Source: a virus
Taxonomy: Duplodnaviria > Caudoviricetes
Reading direction: 5' to 3' (one strand)
Virus record (IMG/VR): IMGVR_UViG_2917791510_000001
Location: 34,816 to 98,815 of that record
DNA length: 64,000 nt
Shown here: positions 50,239 to 58,835 of the stretch, one piece after another
How positions within the stretch are numbered: the stretch's first letter is position 1
Layout: the number at the start of each line of letters is the position of its first letter
The notes under the pieces: generated by a model
Told to the model about the DNA's origin: nothing
Seen by the model: the letters and a program-made list of their open reading frames with translations, nothing else
Database searches by the model: none
Made by a program: the position numbers and the translations under genes

Positions 50239-50418
50239 TCAGACGTCCTCGTACTTCGCGGCCTGGTTCAGTGCGTGCATGACGTTCTGCGCAGCGGCCT
50301 CGTCGGTGTACTCGGCCACCGTCCGGACGTTGCCACCTCGGGTCCGGATGACACGGTGTACCGCGTATCCGTCGGGCTTGCTGGTCTCGTAGCCGTAGCT
50401 GGGTGTCCGGTTGGACAT
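50239..50418 (-). CDS. Hypothetical protein (59 aa, MSNRTPSYGY...)
   Basis: GAGGGG RBS, directly after a promoter. Confidence 0.55.
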   Translation of the reverse strand: MSNRTPSYGYETSKPDGYAVHRVIRTRGGNVRTVAEYTDEAAAQNVMHALNQAAKYEDV

Positions 50419-50441
50419 GGTGTGCCCCTCTCAGTCGGTTC

Positions 50442-50479
50442 GATGAATTGATTAAATCATAGGCCCAGGGGCGGGGCAA
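50442..50479 (-). promoter_or_regulatory. Conserved phage promoter/operator
   Basis: TTGCCC-N17-TTTAAT. Confidence 0.8.
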
Positions 50480-50519
50480 TACCCTCGGCACGGTTCACCT
50501 CCGGATAGGCTCCGCCGTC

Positions 50520-51314
50520 ATGACCACCACACTCATCACCGCCGTCACGAACCAGAAGGGCGGCGTGGGCAAGACAGCCACGACCATCGGCCTCGCCGGT
50601 GCGCTCGCCGAAGCCGGGAAGAACGTCCTCATCGTCGACCTGGACCCGCAGGGCCACCTCACCGACGGACTCAAGGTCCCGAAGGCTCCGTCCGGTACCG
50701 GCGCCGCCAACCTCTACCGCGCGCTGGTCGGCGAGTTCACCGGATCCCTCGCCGACCTGATCGCCACGCACTCCGAGCCCGCAGGCCGCATCGACGTCGT
50801 CCCGAACGCGTACGAGATGTTCATGGCCGTGCGTGACGTCGACAAAGTGAAGGCCCGTGAGCAGCGCCTGGCCAAGATGCTTGCCCCTGCCCGGGGTGTC
50901 TACGACCAGGTGCTCATCGACTCCCCGCCGTCCCTGGACATCCTCACCGACAACGCGCTCACGGCTGCCGACGGCGTGCTGATCCCGGTGCAGGCGGAAG
51001 ACTCGAGCCTGACCGCGCTCCAGCTCCTGCTCCCGCAGATCGCATCGGTGGACGCGGATCTGCGCACCAAGCCCCTGGAACTGCACGGCCTGGTCGTCAA
51101 CCTGCTGCGACGGCCGGTCAACACCCTCGCCAAATCCGTCCTGGACGAGCTGGGCAAGCTGGAGGGCCTGCCGATCCTGGCCACGGTGCCGCTGTCCGTC
51201 GTCATCACCGAGGCGTGGCGGTACGGCAAGACTCCGGTGGACTACGCGCCCGACAGCGAGCACGCCGGGGCGTACCGGACCCTCGCCAAGGTGCTCACCG
51301 AGGCCGCACGGTGA
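50520..51314 (+). CDS. parA: ParA partition ATPase
   Basis: NQKGGVGKT, DLDPQG, IDSPP. Confidence 0.92.
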   Translation: MTTTLITAVTNQKGGVGKTATTIGLAGALAEAGKNVLIVDLDPQGHLTDGLKVPKAPSGTGAANLYRALVGEFTGSLADLIATHSEPAGRIDVVPNAYEMFMAVRDVDKVKAREQRLAKMLAPARGVYDQVLIDSPPSLDILTDNALTAADGVLIPVQAEDSSLTALQLLLPQIASVDADLRTKPLELHGLVVNLLRRPVNTLAKSVLDELGKLEGLPILATVPLSVVITEAWRYGKTPVDYAPDSEHAGAYRTLAKVLTEAAR

Positions 51315-52126
51315 GCCCCAAGGAACTCCCGGCGCCGGGCAGGGCGGGCGACCTCACCGCGCTGCTGCGCTCCAGGCACAGCGCTCCCACAGTCCCTGCC
51401 GCGCCGGCGCCCGCGCTGAACCCGTTCGCCCCGCAGCCCGTCGACCCGGCCGCCGTCACCGGGTCCGCCGAGCAGCGCCTGGCCGTGTTCGAGGCAGCCA
51501 TCGACCGGGCGAAGGAGACCGCAGGCACCACGCTCAAGGCGGCCCGCGCCCGGTTCGTCGTGGAAGCGGGCACAGCCCTGCGCGCCATCCGCGACGAGGA
51601 CGGCGGGCTCTACAAGCTGACCCACGAGACGTTCGAGGACTACATCACCGCCCGGTGGGACATGGACCGCACCCGCGCGTACCAGCTCATCGACGCCGCG
51701 CCGGTCATGCTCGTCATGTCGAAAATTTTCGATACGGCGCCGGTGGAGTCGCACGCCCGCGTGCTGGCCCCGGTGCTCGAGGGCCACGGCGAGCCGGCCG
51801 TGCGCGAGGTCTACGCGGCCATGCAGACGAAGGGAGAGAAGGTCACGGCGCAGGCCATCAGGGACGCGGCCGACCGCCTGGGCTACGCCCGGGTGCCGGT
51901 GCAGCCGACGGCCGACGAGCGGGAGGCCCTGCCGGTGGACCACACATCGAGCGAGGCCCGCGCGCTGGTCCGGCTCGAGCAGGGACTGGCCGCACTGCGG
52001 GGAGCCCATCGCGCCCTGCGCGGGCGGGTCATCCCGGACGCGGTGGCCGCCGACCACGCGCACGGCAGCCTGCTGGTGGCCGAAGTCGCCGACCTCGCCG
52101 CGAAGATCAGCCGCCTCGCGCAGTGA
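51311..52126 (+). CDS. ParA partner, putative centromere-binding HTH protein
   Basis: Coupled to parA; TFEDYITARWDMDRTRAYQLI HTH. Confidence 0.6.
   Translation: MSPKELPAPGRAGDLTALLRSRHSAPTVPAAPAPALNPFAPQPVDPAAVTGSAEQRLAVFEAAIDRAKETAGTTLKAARARFVVEAGTALRAIRDEDGGLYKLTHETFEDYITARWDMDRTRAYQLIDAAPVMLVMSKIFDTAPVESHARVLAPVLEGHGEPAVREVYAAMQTKGEKVTAQAIRDAADRLGYARVPVQPTADEREALPVDHTSSEARALVRLEQGLAALRGAHRALRGRVIPDAVAADHAHGSLLVAEVADLAAKISRLAQ
51717..51734. promoter_or_regulatory. Palindrome TGTCGAAAATTTTCGAYA, candidate parS
   Basis: Related copies at 21898-21915 and 63480-63497. Confidence 0.5.
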
Positions 52127-52134
52127 GGCAGACC

Positions 52135-52167
52135 GAAGCCCCGGAACCGTCGCGGCTCCGGGGCTTC
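52135..52167. terminator. Bidirectional hairpin (GAAGCCCCGG family)
   Basis: GAAGCCCCGGA/TCCGGGGCTTC between convergent genes. Confidence 0.75.
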
Positions 52168-52180
52168 TGGTCGGGCTGGG

Positions 52181-52504
52181 TCAGGCGCCTGGTTCGGCCA
52201 GACCGGGGCACCAGTAGCTTTCGCTGCGCTGGACCCGGTAGACGTGAGCCGGGTGAATCTTTCGGTCTCGGGGGATCTCGTGGCACGGACGCTCCCGCAG
52301 GGCGGACCCGTTGGCAGCGGTGTGCAGTTCGCGGACTCGGTCTTGGATCACGTCCCACGGCGCGCTGGTGCCAAGGCCGAGCGCGAGTGACAGGACCAAC
52401 CGGTAATCCACGGGTGCGGTTGCCCGCGTAGCACCGCACCCCGGGTCGCAGGACACGACGCGGTGGCAGCCCTCTTCGAACTTGCATACAGGCTCGGCGC
52501 TCAC
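52181..52504 (-). CDS. Hypothetical Cys-rich protein
   Basis: Coupled GTG start. Confidence 0.5.
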   Translation of the reverse strand: MSAEPVCKFEEGCHRVVSCDPGCGATRATAPVDYRLVLSLALGLGTSAPWDVIQDRVRELHTAANGSALRERPCHEIPRDRKIHPAHVYRVQRSESYWCPGLAEPGA

Positions 52505-53094
52505 CGCTCCGCACCTCCCCGACGGCGCGGGTGGCAGACCGCGCACCCGTCCGCGTCGGGCAGACCGAGGACGCCGTGAGCTGCCCGCGTGGCGGTGCGC
52601 CAAGGTCCGTAGCCGCCCCCATGCTTGCGGAACGGGGCGAGCCACGCTATCTCGTTGGCCACCCTGTCGAGCCAGTCCCCGAGGGGAGCGGTGTAGAACT
52701 CCCGCTCCGGGTCCAGGTTCGGGCCGTGCTCGCGGGTCTGGTCAGCGGCCTGCTGGAGGTGCTGCGCTGCGGGCCACCGGGTGCGGGACGATGCGTGTTT
52801 CCGGACCAGCTCGGCACACCGGCGGCACACTCTTACCTCATTGCACCGGCATTCCCGGCGGAGGGGGTGGTCCAGAGGCAGGTTCTCCGCGTACGGAGCC
52901 GGGGCGTTGAGTCGTTCCCGCACCCATTGCGCGTCGGACTCCGCAACGTGGGCGCCTGCTGACCGGGCCACGGTGATCTGCATCGGCTGACCGTCGGCGT
53001 CGCGCACTGAGTCAACCCAGGCGCTCCAGGGCTGACTACCGCCGTTCGGGTCCTGATGGCCGTCAGGGCAGTGCGGGCAGTTCTGGTCGTCCAT
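52501..53094 (-). CDS. Hypothetical protein
   Basis: GAGGAG RBS; CxxC motifs. Confidence 0.6.
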   Translation of the reverse strand: MDDQNCPHCPDGHQDPNGGSQPWSAWVDSVRDADGQPMQITVARSAGAHVAESDAQWVRERLNAPAPYAENLPLDHPLRRECRCNEVRVCRRCAELVRKHASSRTRWPAAQHLQQAADQTREHGPNLDPEREFYTAPLGDWLDRVANEIAWLAPFRKHGGGYGPWRTATRAAHGVLGLPDADGCAVCHPRRRGGAER

Positions 53095-53097
53095 GGC

Positions 53098-53595
53098 TCA
53101 GCACTCCTCGGGCAGCGGAGCCCACGGACCGTAGAACTCCGAGCCGTCCTCCCACTCGCGCACGATGCGCTGCTGCGCGTAGGCCCCGCACTTCGGGTGC
53201 TCGCGCAGCCACTTGGCAACGGCCGCCCGCGCGTCCTCAGCACTGTCTGCGCTATCCACGCCCCAGTCACCGACGACCTCATAGATCACGGATTCCGTGG
53301 GGTAAGGGTCCTCGGTCTCTTCACCGGCGAGTCGCTTGAGCGATGTCACGGCGGAACGGTCCACGGCGGCGAACTCGTCCGGCTCGACGGCCATCTTGTC
53401 CTCGGCCAGCTCCAGGGCGTACCGAAGCACCGCGCGCTCGGCTGAGTTGATACGGGTTTCTGCGAGAACCGCGTCCGCGTAGGCGAGGTACACCCGCCAG
53501 AACGGGTGATCCACCGGCGGTACCTTGGTGCCCCACTTCTCTGTATCGACCCGGGCAATGGCGCCCGCGATAGCAGTGCGCTGCTCGTCGCTCAC
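53098..53595 (-). CDS. Hypothetical protein
   Basis: Coupled GTG start. Confidence 0.6.
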   Translation of the reverse strand: MSDEQRTAIAGAIARVDTEKWGTKVPPVDHPFWRVYLAYADAVLAETRINSAERAVLRYALELAEDKMAVEPDEFAAVDRSAVTSLKRLAGEETEDPYPTESVIYEVVGDWGVDSADSAEDARAAVAKWLREHPKCGAYAQQRIVREWEDGSEFYGPWAPLPEEC

Positions 53596-54050
53596 CGTGC
53601 CTCGCCTCCCCGGCCGCCGGCGGCCACGAGGGCGGCGATGCCGATCCATCCCTTATGCCAGGCCTGGTCCATCAGGTACCCGGCGCCCGGGTCCCGCTGG
53701 AGCCACGTGGTCTTGCCGGTGGCGGCGGCCAGCCGGACGATGCCGCGCGGCTGCTCGTCGCCCCAGTGTCCGCCCTGCCGGTCGGCGATGTAGTGCGTCG
53801 CGGCGGAGACGGCCAGGGCCAGCGCACCCCGTTTCCACGACAGCCGCGCCCCGGTGGACCGGTTGACGGCCGCGAGGGCGAGGGCCTGCGTCGCGGTGTA
53901 CGTGGCCACGTGCTTGGCGCAGGCCACCGCTCCGCTGCGGCCAGGGTCGCCCTTGGCCGTGGCCTGGCTGTCCATCTGCACCCAATGATCGGCGACCTCG
54001 TGGGACGCCGTGAGGGCCGCGTAGGCGGCGGCGAACTGTGCGGTGGTCAT
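53592..54050 (-). CDS. DUF3307-like membrane protein
   Basis: HEVADHWVQ, THYIADR, DQAWH. Confidence 0.75.
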   Translation of the reverse strand: MTTAQFAAAYAALTASHEVADHWVQMDSQATAKGDPGRSGAVACAKHVATYTATQALALAAVNRSTGARLSWKRGALALAVSAATHYIADRQGGHWGDEQPRGIVRLAAATGKTTWLQRDPGAGYLMDQAWHKGWIGIAALVAAGGRGGEAR

Positions 54051-54067
54051 CACTCCTCGTTCCGTGG

Positions 54068-54484
54068 TCAGTTGCGGGTCTGGAAGGTCCACCAGCCGTC
54101 GTACCCCTCGGGCAGCGACGGGTAGCTATCGAGCATCGGCCGCAGGATGGCAAGGTGCTGCTCCTGGACGTCCGGTATCTCGGAGCCCCAGTAGCCGGTG
54201 CCGTCCCAGCGGCCCGCCGTGTCCCCGCCGTAGCGGCTGTCCAGGTCGTTGCCGAGCATGGCCTGCGGGCTGGACAGGTCGGGCGCTTCACGCCGCCACT
54301 GCGCCCACAGGGACAGGCCGCCGATACACGCCCGGGTGACTCCGTCCTTGCGGCGGTACCAGACGGCCTGGCAGTGACCCTTCAGCCAGTAGATGCCGTC
54401 CCGCTCGGTGGCTTCCATCTTGACGGTGGACAGGTCGATGCCGAACGGCTTGCGGCTGATGAGGAACTTGTCCTCCCGGATCAT
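54068..54484 (-). CDS. Hypothetical protein
   Basis: Leader variant GACCATGGAA. Confidence 0.65.
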   Translation of the reverse strand: MIREDKFLISRKPFGIDLSTVKMEATERDGIYWLKGHCQAVWYRRKDGVTRACIGGLSLWAQWRREAPDLSSPQAMLGNDLDSRYGGDTAGRWDGTGYWGSEIPDVQEQHLAILRPMLDSYPSLPEGYDGWWTFQTRN

Positions 54485-54526
54485 GTCTGCCTCGCTTCCA
54501 TGGTCGTCGTCGTCTGTCTGCCTGAG

Positions 54527-54623
54527 TGGGCCCGTCCGGAGTCGAACCGGAGTCTCCCGGAGCGCGGGAACCGACCAAGGATGCGCGCTCGACGGGTGCT
54601 CTGCCTGACTGAGCTATAGGCCC
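54527..54623 (-). ncRNA. tRNA-like RNA with extended anticodon arm carrying a 17-nt antisense loop
   Basis: GGGCCTA TA GCTC-AGTCAGGCA-GAGC A CCCG TC GAGCGCG-[CATCCTTGGTCGGTTCC]-CGCGCTC CGGG AGAC TCCGG-TTCGACT-CCGGA CGGGCCC A. Confidence 0.85.
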
Positions 54624-54660
54624 TCGTTGCCGGGATCGCGGCTCCCGGCCGGCCGTCACG

Positions 54661-55038
54661 CTACAGTTCGTCTTCGCCGAGGCCGCGCCGGATCGCGTTG
54701 GCGAGCCCCAGCGGGTCGCCGTGGAACCGCGAGCCGTGGTCGACGCGGACCCCGACCTCGCTCAGATACTCACTTGCGCGGGACCGACGCTGGTTCCACG
54801 CCCACTGTTCGTCGGTGTAGATGCGGCCGTGCCCCGACTCGCTCGCCCGGGTGTCCATGCGGAACCGGCAGCAGTAGTGCGGAAGATAGGCTCCGTTCAA
54901 GGGGTACACGTCGACCCACAGCCGGCCGACCTTGAGCACCTCGACGCGTACCTCCAACGTCCGGCGCCCGTCACGTGCGGACACCATCAGTTCGTCGCCC
55001 TTGGCAGGCCTGCCCAGCTCGGGTTCCTTGTCGCTCAT
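54661..55038 (-). CDS. Hypothetical protein (beta-barrel-like)
   Basis: GAGGAACCGGCCATG leader. Confidence 0.65.
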   Translation of the reverse strand: MSDKEPELGRPAKGDELMVSARDGRRTLEVRVEVLKVGRLWVDVYPLNGAYLPHYCCRFRMDTRASESGHGRIYTDEQWAWNQRRSRASEYLSEVGVRVDHGSRFHGDPLGLANAIRRGLGEDEL

Positions 55039-55071
55039 GGCCGGTTCCTCGCTTCCGTTGTCCAGGGATCG

Positions 55072-55737
55072 TTACGGGGTGGTGCGGCGAGCGATGAAGT
55101 CGGCCGCGTTGACGGCGACGAACATGCCGCGCGAGCCGGCGGGGCCGACGGCCGACCACACACCGCAGGGCTCGCCCGTTACCGCGTGGGGTTCCGGGCG
55201 CAGCGTCCAGTCGATGTCGTTCGCCTTCACGGTCACCGTGCCGTCCAGGCGTACGAGGGGCTCCAGACCCTTCGCCTGGAGGGCCGTGACGAGCGGGGCT
55301 GACAGGTCGGGCACGGCCGGGGCAGTCAGCTCATCGGCCGGCGGGCCGAGACGCTGGAACAGGTTGTCCAGCCCCGAGTCGAGAGTCTCCCGCACCGTGT
55401 CGGCGGTCAGGTCGTCCTCGTCGCATTCGTCGCACAGCGCGTAGTTCTCGCCCGTGAGACGGCTCACCTCCGTGGCCCACCGGTTGCCGCACACGACGCA
55501 GCGCTGCGGGGTGGCGATGGTCTCGCCGGTCGCACGGTCGATGATCCGGACGTCCAGCTCGCTCTCACGCCAGTTCGCGGTGGACAGCATCGTGCGCATG
55601 TCCTCCCAGGCGGCGCCCAGGGTCCACGTGGGTTTGCGGCCGGATCCGCCGTCAGCCCACGTCCACACGACTGCGTACGGCATGGTCTGGCCCTTGCTGT
55701 GGCCGCCGCCCTTGCCGCTGCCTCGCGTTCCGCTCAT
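55072..55737 (-). CDS. Hypothetical protein
   Basis: GGAACCGACCATG leader; CxxC pairs. Confidence 0.65.
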   Translation of the reverse strand: MSGTRGSGKGGGHSKGQTMPYAVVWTWADGGSGRKPTWTLGAAWEDMRTMLSTANWRESELDVRIIDRATGETIATPQRCVVCGNRWATEVSRLTGENYALCDECDEDDLTADTVRETLDSGLDNLFQRLGPPADELTAPAVPDLSAPLVTALQAKGLEPLVRLDGTVTVKANDIDWTLRPEPHAVTGEPCGVWSAVGPAGSRGMFVAVNAADFIARRTTP

Positions 55738-55780
55738 GGTCGGTTCCTTACTCCCTGGTCAGCCGGTCCGCCCGGCCTCT

Positions 55781-55816
55781 TGATTTAATTAAACCATAGG
55801 GCCCCGGGGTGTGCAA
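55781..55816 (-). promoter_or_regulatory. Conserved phage promoter/operator
   Basis: TTGCAC-N17-TTTAAT; the -35 lies in a hairpin loop. Confidence 0.8.
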
Positions 55817-55844
55817 CCCCGGGGCCCCGATGACTTCGGCCGGC

Positions 55845-56375
55845 TCAGGCGCCGGCGGCCTCGTGCTCGAGGATCCACTGCTCGGCGATCTTCCCGGAGA
55901 CGGCCCGGTACGCGGTGCGGCCGGTGTCCCGGTCGACCACGCTGTACTTCAGCGGCGGCGCGGGCATGAAGTCCCGGGCGCTGTAGTACCGGCCCTTGTC
56001 CCCGACGAGGCCGACCAGGCGCAGCCGGTCCATCGTGATGTACGGCTTGCCGCGCAGGTCGGTGCGCCGGTGCCAGCCCTTGATGCCGTGCTCGGCCGCG
56101 TAGGCGTCCACGCGGGCGGCGTGCCAGGGGCGGGTGTCGTCCGGGGCCGCGCTCTCGGCGTTCGCCAGGGCCTTGAACACCAGCGTCACGGCGGCTCCCT
56201 CGGCCTGACGCTCGCAGGCTTGCACGGCGTACCCGTGCGCCTTCACGCGGTCCACGTGGTCGTCCAGCAGCCGGAAGGCGGTGACGATGTCGATGTGCGC
56301 CTGCCCGGTGAGCAGGGGTCGCAGGGTCTCACCCGTCGGCTTCACGGGCGGGGCCGGTATCTCCAGCAGGGCCAT
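55845..56375 (-). CDS. Hypothetical protein
   Basis: Leader motif. Confidence 0.65.
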   Translation of the reverse strand: MALLEIPAPPVKPTGETLRPLLTGQAHIDIVTAFRLLDDHVDRVKAHGYAVQACERQAEGAAVTLVFKALANAESAAPDDTRPWHAARVDAYAAEHGIKGWHRRTDLRGKPYITMDRLRLVGLVGDKGRYYSARDFMPAPPLKYSVVDRDTGRTAYRAVSGKIAEQWILEHEAAGA

Positions 56376-56399
56376 GGCCGGTTCCTCATTCCTTGGTCG

Positions 56400-56594
56400 T
56401 CAGGCAGCGGTGGCGCCGGCGAGCCGCAGACCGCAGTGCAGGCCCCGGTCCAGGCCGACGGAGTACACACGATTCACGACCTTCATCGCCTCGCCGTACG
56501 GCACGCCGAGGGCGCGCAGCTCGTTGATGGCAGCCTCGGTCTGGTCCATGGCGGCGGTGAAGCCGGGGTCTGCGATGCGGTCCTGCTTGTTCAC
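56400..56594 (-). CDS. Hypothetical protein
   Basis: GGAGGGG RBS. Confidence 0.55.
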   Translation of the reverse strand: MNKQDRIADPGFTAAMDQTEAAINELRALGVPYGEAMKVVNRVYSVGLDRGLHCGLRLAGATAA

Positions 56595-56683
56595 GGCGGG
56601 GTTCCCCTCCCTGTCACCTCTCGGCCGGACGGATCATACGGCCGAGGGCGGATTTAACGTTCCTGGTTCCTTGGTCGTGCGGG

Positions 56684-56926
56684 TCAGAGTTCGACGACGG
56701 TGAAGGTGCCGTAGTTCTCGCCGGCCTCGCTGAGCAGGTAGCCACCGAGCCCGTTGGCGTCCAGGCCTCCGCCGATTACCTCGCGGTTGCGCTGGGCGGT
56801 CCGGCTGCTGTTGACGTAGTCGCCGATGTTCAGCTCCAGCTCGGTCCGGTCGCTCGCCTCGGTGACGAGGGGCGCCACGTTGAACTCCCGGCCGATGCGG
56901 GCGAAGCTGACGCGGTACTTAGCCAT
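56684..56926 (-). CDS. Hypothetical protein
   Basis: Full leader GACCAAGGAATGAGGAACCGACCATG. Confidence 0.65.
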   Translation of the reverse strand: MAKYRVSFARIGREFNVAPLVTEASDRTELELNIGDYVNSSRTAQRNREVIGGGLDANGLGGYLLSEAGENYGTFTVVEL

Positions 56927-56973
56927 GGTCGGTTCCTCATTCCTTGGTCTGCCGGTCCGGGTAACCCCGTTCC

Positions 56974-57012
56974 GATGGATTAATTAAACCATGAAGCCCC
57001 GGGGAGGTGTAA
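56974..57012 (-). promoter_or_regulatory. Conserved phage promoter/operator
   Basis: TTACAC-N18-TTTAAT; hairpin at 56993-57024. Confidence 0.75.
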
Positions 57013-57041
57013 CCCCGGGGCTTCGGTTCGATGTTCGGTTG

Positions 57042-57995
57042 TCAGGCGACGCCCACCGCCCGGAACAGGGCCGCCGCCAGACCGACGGGGCAGGCGTTGC
57101 CGATCTGCTGGCCGATGTCCCGGCCGGACCACGGGTGGTCCAGCGGGAAGTCCTGGAGCCGCCCCGCCTCGGCCCACGAGAAGCGGGGCAACTCCTCACC
57201 GTCCGGCCCGACAAGCCGGTTGCGGCTGATCTTCCCGGTCACCGTGAACGCCGGCTGGTGGCTGGTGCGCTCTCCCCGGTTGTCCGGGTCCCCGCCGGTG
57301 CCGTAGTTCGAGATGACGGTGAACGGGCCCCGGCCGGGCAGGGCGCCACCCATCGTCACGTACGGAGCCAGCGACGGGTCTCCGTCGTGCACGTGGACGT
57401 CCTTGACGTACGGGCGGCAGATCGGAGAGGGCAGGGCCACGTCGCCGTCCCGCCGGGCCAGCAGTACGGCCCGGCGCCGGGTCTGCGGTACGCCGTACTG
57501 CTCGGCGTTCAACACGCCGTGGGCGACCGCGTAGCCCTCGGCCCGCAGCACCTCCGCGTACGCCTCCCACACGTGACGTGCCGCCTGCACCTGCTCCAGC
57601 ACCACGGCGCGGTACGGCCGGCCCGCGTCCTTCGCCCGGAGGATCCACCGCAACGGCTCCAGGACCAGGGCGGAGCGCTCGTCCAGCCCGTCCTCGGGCA
57701 CCGTCTCGCGGGCGGCCATGAGTTTGACGCGGCGGTGGACCAGGTCCAGCCGCTTGCGGCCCTCGCCCCGGCCGGCGACCGAGAAGCCCTGGCACGGCGG
57801 ACCACCCGCGAGGGTGTCCGACTCGGGCAGGTCGGCCGGCCCGTACTTCGTCACGTCGCCGTGGATCGTGTCGAGCCGGGCGGCCAACCTTGTGGCCACG
57901 GCGTCGTCGTCCCACTCGATGCCCACCGACTTCACTTTGAGGGCGCGAGCCGCGACGTCCATGCCACCGGGTCCCGCGAAGAGATCCGTGATCAC
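57042..57995 (-). CDS. DNA (cytosine-5) methyltransferase
   Basis: DLFAGPGG, GPPCQGFS, EQV, YGVPQTRRR, IGNACP. Confidence 0.9.
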   Translation of the reverse strand: MITDLFAGPGGMDVAARALKVKSVGIEWDDDAVATRLAARLDTIHGDVTKYGPADLPESDTLAGGPPCQGFSVAGRGEGRKRLDLVHRRVKLMAARETVPEDGLDERSALVLEPLRWILRAKDAGRPYRAVVLEQVQAARHVWEAYAEVLRAEGYAVAHGVLNAEQYGVPQTRRRAVLLARRDGDVALPSPICRPYVKDVHVHDGDPSLAPYVTMGGALPGRGPFTVISNYGTGGDPDNRGERTSHQPAFTVTGKISRNRLVGPDGEELPRFSWAEAGRLQDFPLDHPWSGRDIGQQIGNACPVGLAAALFRAVGVA

Positions 57996-58273
57996 CTCGC
58001 CACCGCCTCGGGCAGCACCGAGGCCCGGTGGCCAGGCAGCAGCGTCTTCCACTCCTCGGCCGAGCAGGGCAGGCACAGCGTCCCGGCGCCGGTCTCGGGC
58101 AGCGGGTTGCGGCAGTCGCCGAAGTGGCACTGCCCGTCGCCCTGGCAGAAGCCGTCCAGGCAGCGGCCCGCGTCGGCGCAGGGGCCCAGCAGCGTAGCCC
58201 GCACGAACCGGCCGTCACTGAGCTGTATGCGCCCCTGGAAATTGATCCGGGGCGCGAACGTCACCGTCGCCAT
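57992..58273 (-). CDS. Cys-rich hypothetical protein
   Basis: Coupled to the methyltransferase. Confidence 0.55.
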   Translation of the reverse strand: MATVTFAPRINFQGRIQLSDGRFVRATLLGPCADAGRCLDGFCQGDGQCHFGDCRNPLPETGAGTLCLPCSAEEWKTLLPGHRASVLPEAVAR

Positions 58274-58276
58274 GAA

Positions 58277-58723
58277 TCAGCCCTCCCGCCGGACCGAGTG
58301 CAGCGTGAAGCTCCAGTTGGACCGGGGGCCGTGCTCCGCGCGGACCTGCTTGAGCGCCTCGAACCGCGCCTCCAGCTCGGTGCGCGCGTTGACGAAGACG
58401 GGCAGCAGCTCGTTCCCGCTGCCGTCAGCCTCCACGGCCTTGTGCTGAAGCGTCACGGTCCACCGGCGGTAGGTCACCCGGCGCGGGAAGACCTGGGACG
58501 GCTGGTAGCGGCGCGTGTCGTTCTCACCCTCCCGGGCGCAGCGCAGGTGCAGGCCGTCGGTGCGCACGTAGACCGCCGGGAACTCGATCTCCCGGCCGTC
58601 CTCGTCCAGGGTGCGGATGGTCACCGGCTGGCCGATGGTCACCTGGCCGGGGCGCAGGTGTGCGAGTCCGGGGCGGACGCCGGGCCGGCGGGTCGGACGC
58701 TCCACCGAGTAACTGGTCATCAC
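58277..58723 (-). CDS. Hypothetical protein
   Basis: Leader motif at 58741. Confidence 0.65.
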   Translation of the reverse strand: MMTSYSVERPTRRPGVRPGLAHLRPGQVTIGQPVTIRTLDEDGREIEFPAVYVRTDGLHLRCAREGENDTRRYQPSQVFPRRVTYRRWTVTLQHKAVEADGSGNELLPVFVNARTELEARFEALKQVRAEHGPRSNWSFTLHSVRREG

Positions 58724-58767
58724 GGGCCCTACTTTCCTGGTTCCTTGGTCTCTGACCTAACGGCCAT

Positions 58768-58803
58768 TGAATTAATTAAACCAGGAAGCCCCGGGGTCGG
58801 CAA
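58768..58803 (-). promoter_or_regulatory. Conserved phage promoter/operator
   Basis: TTGCCG-N17-TTTAAT; hairpin at 58785-58815. Confidence 0.8.
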
Positions 58804-58835
58804 CCCCGGGGCTTCGGCTTTCTGCTGTCGGGCGG

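Noticed and set aside
54581-54619. + strand micro-ORF MRARRVLCLTEL after GACCAAGG, as an alternative explanation of the loop
   Set aside because: Only 12 codons, antisense to the whole - strand region, no + promoter seen; the tRNA fold on the - strand is much stronger evidence
54527-54623. Ordinary decoding tRNA (acceptor and D arm resemble tRNA-Ile)
   Set aside because: There is no 7-nt anticodon loop; the arm is extended, with a 17-nt loop. The insert is far too short for a group I/II intron, so no anticodon can be assigned.
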